Shown: piece by piece, positions 58,904 through 64,000 of the stretch
How the letters are laid out: each line of letters starts with the position of its first letter
Position numbering within the stretch: the stretch's first letter is position 1
Assembly (NCBI GenBank): GCA_043228905.1
Contig: JBHGNT010000003.1
Location: 2,108,001 to 2,172,000, forward strand
DNA length: 64,000 nucleotides
From: Azolla caroliniana
Taxonomy: Eukaryota; Plantae; Polypodiophyta
Reading direction: 5' to 3'
Notes under the pieces: model-generated
The model's input: the letters and a program-made list of their open reading frames with translations, nothing else
The model's database searches: none
Told to the model about the DNA's origin: nothing
Translations under genes and position numbers: made by a program

Positions 58904-60061
58904 AATATCCTAATCTTGATCCCTTATTCCAGTAGAGAAGCTCATTGGATGTTAGAATCAAACCTATTGGATTGATGGCATTGCTACCTAGATTTAAATA
59001 TCCTAATCCTGATCCCTTGTTCTAGTAGAGAAGCTCATTCGATATTAGAACCAAATCCGTTGGATTGAAGGCATACGGGCTAATTGTAAAATATTATGAG
59101 GTATTTTCCTCCAACATGTGTGTTTGTCTTATAATGTAGGCCATTTGATTATGAAAATTGCTATTGTTTTTAATTCATCATCACATTATTATTATTAATG
59201 ATCAATCATTCATCACCAATAAATTTTAAAAGGCATATTGTCACGCAAATAATTCATTATCTAGCCATGACATCGCATAGCTATTCGATAACATCACTAC
59301 TTTAGGGGAAATTGGGCATATGCTTCAAATAAAAACTATAATCTACATAGAGGAAAGAAAATCACTCTAAGAAATTAAGAGTGGAAGAAGTTTAGTTAAT
59401 GCATGGATTGCTCAATAGGATTAACCATGATATTTATTAGAACTTTTGGACCATGATTGCACACAATGTTGAACATCCTAATCAACCTTTATTAATCTTG
59501 TAGGTGAGACCAATCCCCACAATGTGGTCACACTGAAGTTCACAATACAAATATCTTTTTGTCCAATAGTAGGAATACCACATTACTTTTGAACGTAGTA
59601 CCACATCATCATAATGCTTCCACACTATCTGAAAAGATGTGTCAACACGATGTACTAAGATGATTCAATGTTTTCTGATGTAAAAAATGGCTCTATTTAC
59701 ATCCCTCTACCCAACAACCTTCTTACAAGTTTTTTTCCCTTTGTTTTTTAATAATACAAGGTACCCACCTACTCATAGATAGATACGTTTTATCTCAAAC
59801 AATTTGAAGCTGTAAAATAAACTTTTGGATACTTCAAGGTTTTTACCTTTGTTTTTTAATAATACAAGATAAGGCACCCCCCATACGCAAACAAAGCAAC
59901 AAAAAAATACTTGAGATAACTCCAAACTCTACTTCATGATCCAACATCATATCTCAGAACTAAATACTAGCTAGATTAGGAGCCTCCCATCACCTACCTA
60001 GTGTATTGTGTGAAGAAAGTGTCAAGTTTGTGTCAAGAAGAAGATGAAAACAAAGAAGAAG

Positions 60062-60580
60062 ATGGTGGTTCATAAGGCCTCCCATGGGAAACAAATGGCA
60101 CAAGATTTACATTCGTATAGTCCCACCCGTACTATATGCATAACTTTCCCATTGAGCAACCAATATCAATGGAAAGACTACATGGAAAAAGAGATCATGG
60201 AGGCTAAACACAAATCTACATTCCAAAAAAGAAAAGTGATTGAGTCTAACCATCTAATGGATTGTCTATATGTTTCGTGCACACAATGATCATCCGAACA
60301 ATTTCCCAACATTCCTACGGAGAGGAAAAAGAGCAAGAAGAAAGGTTGCCAGCCTTCCAATCTCATGTCGGCATCAAAGCTCTCGAAAGTCGGCATCCGA
60401 TTCAATGCCTGTTAAGGTAACATATCAGTGATCAAGTATGACAAGAGAAAACGCCGGCTTCATTTTCTACAACTTTTCATGTATGACACTACAAAGGATG
60501 TGATGAGGAGCCTCATTGCACATGAACAGATCTCCAAAGAATGACTTGACTTCACTATGTATGCCATAGTCATGGACTCG
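60062..60580 (+). pseudogene. DUF247 copy 10, heavily deleted
   Basis: KASHGKQMAQ...HLMDCLYVSC...SLIAHEQ..YAIVMD fragments. Confidence 0.85.
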
Positions 60581-61225
60581 TTTTGGGACTTGTTGTGTGT
60601 CTACTAATCGATATTGTATTTGTTTAGCATTGTAAATTGTCTATTCCCTAAACCCTAATTCCTTATTTGTGGATCCAATAGAGAAGAAGGCCATGAACTA
60701 CTACTAGGAATAAACTTTGTTGGATTGAGACCACGCGAGGAAATTATGGAAGATCATGTGGCACTTTCCTTTATGTAAATTTGCATTCCTGTTGAAATCT
60801 ATTTCATTTGAATTATGAAATATGATCTTCTTTAAATCCAACTTCATCAATGTTTTTTTATGTAAAAAATGGCTCTATTTACATCCCTCTACCCAACTAC
60901 CTTCTTACAAGTTTTTTTCCCTTTGTTTTTTAATAATACAAGGTACCCACCTACTCATAGATAGATATGTTTTATCTCAAACAATTTGAAGCTGTAAAAT
61001 AAACTTTTGGATACTTCAAGGTTTTTACCTTTGTTTTTTAATAATACAAGATAAGGCACCCCCCATACGCAAACAAAGCAACAAAAAAATACTTGAGATG
61101 ACTCCAAACTCTAATTCATGATCCAACATCATATCTCAGAACTAAATACTAGCTAGATTAGGAGCCTCCCATCACCTACCTAGTGTATTGTGTGAAGAAA
61201 GTGTCAAGTTTGTGTCAAGAAGAAG

Positions 61226-61742
61226 ATGGTGGTTCATAAGGCCTCCCATGGGAAACAAATGGCACAAGATTTACATTCGTATAGTCCCACCCGTACTATA
61301 TGCATAACTTTCCCATTGAGCAACCAATATCAATGGAAAGACTACATGGAAAAAGAGATCATGGAGGCTAAACACAAATCTACATTCCAAAAAAGAAAAG
61401 TGATTGAGTCTAACCATCTAATGGATTGTCTATATGTTTCGTGCACACAATGATCATCCGAACAATTTCCCAACATTCCTACGAAGAGAAAAAAGAGCAA
61501 GAAGAAAGGTTGCCAGCCTTCCAATCTCATGTCGGCATCTAAGCTCTCGAAAGTCGGCATCCGATTCAATGCCTGTTAAGGTAACATATCCGTGATCAAG
61601 TATGACAAGAGAAAACGTCGGCTTCATTTTCTACAACTTTTCATGTATGACAGTACAAAGGATGTGATGAGGAGCCTCATTGCACATGAACAAATCTCCA
61701 AAGAAAGACTTGACTTCACTATGTATGCCATAGTCATGGACT
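61226..61742 (+). pseudogene. DUF247 copy 11, duplicate of copy 10
   Basis: Same lesions as copy 10. Confidence 0.85.
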
Positions 61743-64000
61743 TGTTTTGGGACTTGTTGTGTGTCTACTAATTGATATTGTATTTGTTTAGCATTGTAAA
61801 TAGTCTATTCCCTAAACCCTAATTCCTTATTTGTGGATCCAATAGAGAAGAAGGCCACGAACTACTACTAGGAATAAACTTTGTTGGATTGAGACCACAC
61901 GAGGAAATTATGGAAGATCATGTGGCACTTTCCTCTATGTAAATTTGCATTCCTGTTGAAATCTATTTCATTTGAATTATGAAATATGATCTTCTTTAAA
62001 TCCACCTTCATCAAATTAATACAGTCAATCATCACCAAGTAATTAGTCTAAAAGGAATATTGTAGAAACAATATTTTCTTTCTCTGAAACAAATGGAAGA
62101 CATTAAATGGTGTGGCAATTTTACTCTAGTCACATAGCTTTTAAGCAATTGTGTTGGCCATTCTTTAGTTAAACAATGTATATTTGCAGGTATATTCGTC
62201 TTCATAAAACATAATCAATACTTGTACTATGCTAAGGCATAATGTATTCTTGCATGTATCTTTTTCTCTTCTTAACAAGGAAGGTTCTTACAATTAGTAA
62301 TACATGGAGTGGACCCCGTAGTTTTCATTTGGCTTGTGGGAATGTGCTTTTGCCTTTACGAACTGAAATTAATGGGTGGACATCGATAGTTAATGTGCAT
62401 TCTTACTCTTGAGACATATGCACATTGTAGTTGGTTGGCGATTTGCACAAAAATAATGTTATGTGTGCACTACTTGACAATGCTTTGAATTGTTTGTGCC
62501 TTTTGATCTTGCACATTGGACCAGTAACTTGTTTTATGCCTTTACTTTTAAACCATTTTGCATGTTTGTGCATAAGTTTGTATACATACATGGTTATGTA
62601 AGAGCTTGTGAATGCATATGTGGATGTGAATTTGCCTTGTGTGTGTGAATTCGCTCTGTTGCTTCTCTACTCTTGGTTCTTATGTTGCTCTTCGTTGCTC
62701 CTCCGCGCTTCCTTAATCAACTCTCGTCGCCTCATCAACCCTAAACTATGTTGAACAACTCTAGTATCCGATAAAGGGCAACAATAGGTTTCCAAACCTT
62801 AGCCCTGGATTTCCTAAAGCCATCCAAAAATGACCAAAAAATCCCCCAAAATTGAAGAAGAGATTAAAAAATTATGAACTAATGTCATGAGTCAATGCAC
62901 AAGCCATTCCACACATGGGCCACACATATCAACACCAACCTTTCCATGCTCCCGAGTAGGTTTTCAATCTCATGGGCACTAACTAAGATTGGATGATTTT
63001 TTGTTTTGTCAATGAGTGACCCCATAATGATTGATGGATGACATGAATCGGTCATGAAAAGAAAATGTAAAGGGTGAAGAGGTTTAATGAAAATTATAAA
63101 AATGACAAAGAAGAGATTATTAATGTAGATGTATTGGGACACTATAGGAGCCATTGGCATGCATTCACACAAGTTGTACAAACCACCTAATTACACAACA
63201 CTACATGATGGTGTGTCAAACACTATTCTACTCTTAGTCTCTCTTCATGAGGATAACGAGGCAAATAAAATAAACGCCTCTCCACAACCACTTGTGCATG
63301 TCTTGGACAATAGCGAGCGTAAACCATAAGGGTAGGAGATAAGAATACCACAAACACAAAAGGGCAAAAAGTGTTTAATGCATAGAGAGTGAGTTGAAAA
63401 TGACTTCCTTTCTATATTTAATAATTCTAATCTCTTTATACCTTTCACAAGAGATGACATAAAGTGCTTTATGGTGGATCTCCATCCCATCATTAAGCTT
63501 TAATTATCAAGTTGTTAGGTCAAATAGAGAATGGTGACCATGCTCGTCAATGGTCTTCCGACAACAATATGGAAAACAACTTTGTGCCTTGTGAAGTCAT
63601 GTCCACTTTAAAGGTTTCAATTTATCCAGGCAATCATAGTTCGAGATAAAGGCACAATTATTGGAGGGAAGGCAATGCACACCAATTGATAATAAGATGT
63701 TGGTTTTTGGATTTAAACAATGGATAAAGTTGGAGGTTGTACATTAATTCATGTTTCAAAGGCCAAGTCAACCTTCCATTTGACTTTCAGGAGAGTTGAT
63801 AAAATATATGTGACCTTTTTCTCTACCACCTTTTTCATTCTATACACACCACATGAAGATGTCCAACTCTTTTCATATATGTGACCTTAGAGGAGAATCA
63901 TAACATTCATCTACTTCTATCAATTAGTAAATCGATATAAAGATAGGTAGACTTTATTTTCTTCTCAATAGATATTTTATTGTCCATGGTGAGGTCAAAT

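Larger units (their letters stand above)
59670..62015 (+). repeat. Tandem ~1.17-kb duplication carrying DUF247 copies 10 and 11
   Basis: ~59670-60850 repeats at ~60850-62015 with few differences. Confidence 0.93.

Noticed and set aside
19000-62000. Small secreted ligand gene analogous to grass sS/sZ (HPS10-like) between DUF247 copies
   Set aside because: No conserved signal-peptide ORF found by eye; a small spliced gene cannot be excluded.
62050-64000. Short ORFs at the window end, possibly a decayed DNA transposon
   Set aside because: No recognisable motif or terminal structure.

Overview
Eukaryotic, intron-poor land-plant DNA. The Tcn1-type chromovirus, tRNA-Trp-primed Ty3/gypsy and RTE-X-like LINE suggest a non-seed plant such as a fern, but this is inference. 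Positions 1-10.5 kb are nested, decayed LTR and LINE elements, followed by one intact L-type lectin receptor kinase (11195-13306). From ~19.5 to 62 kb lies a tandem array of ~11 single-exon DUF247 (UPF0481-type) copies. Only two have uninterrupted ORFs (32377-33978 and 57287-58903); one has a single nonsense codon and the rest are pseudogenes, chimeras or split. The array is cut by an inversion of at least 8 kb whose junctions carry copia pieces, and by solo LTRs, LINEs and hAT-like MITEs. The most striking element is an intact 5.67-kb chromovirus (48232-53905, TSD GCCAT, LTRs that look identical by eye). It combines a 10-unit in-phase heat-shock-element array next to its TATA box, a tRNA-independent self-priming site, and a G_UUA_AAC plus pseudoknot -1 frameshift signal. 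All coordinates and alignments were read by eye; no database searches were run.
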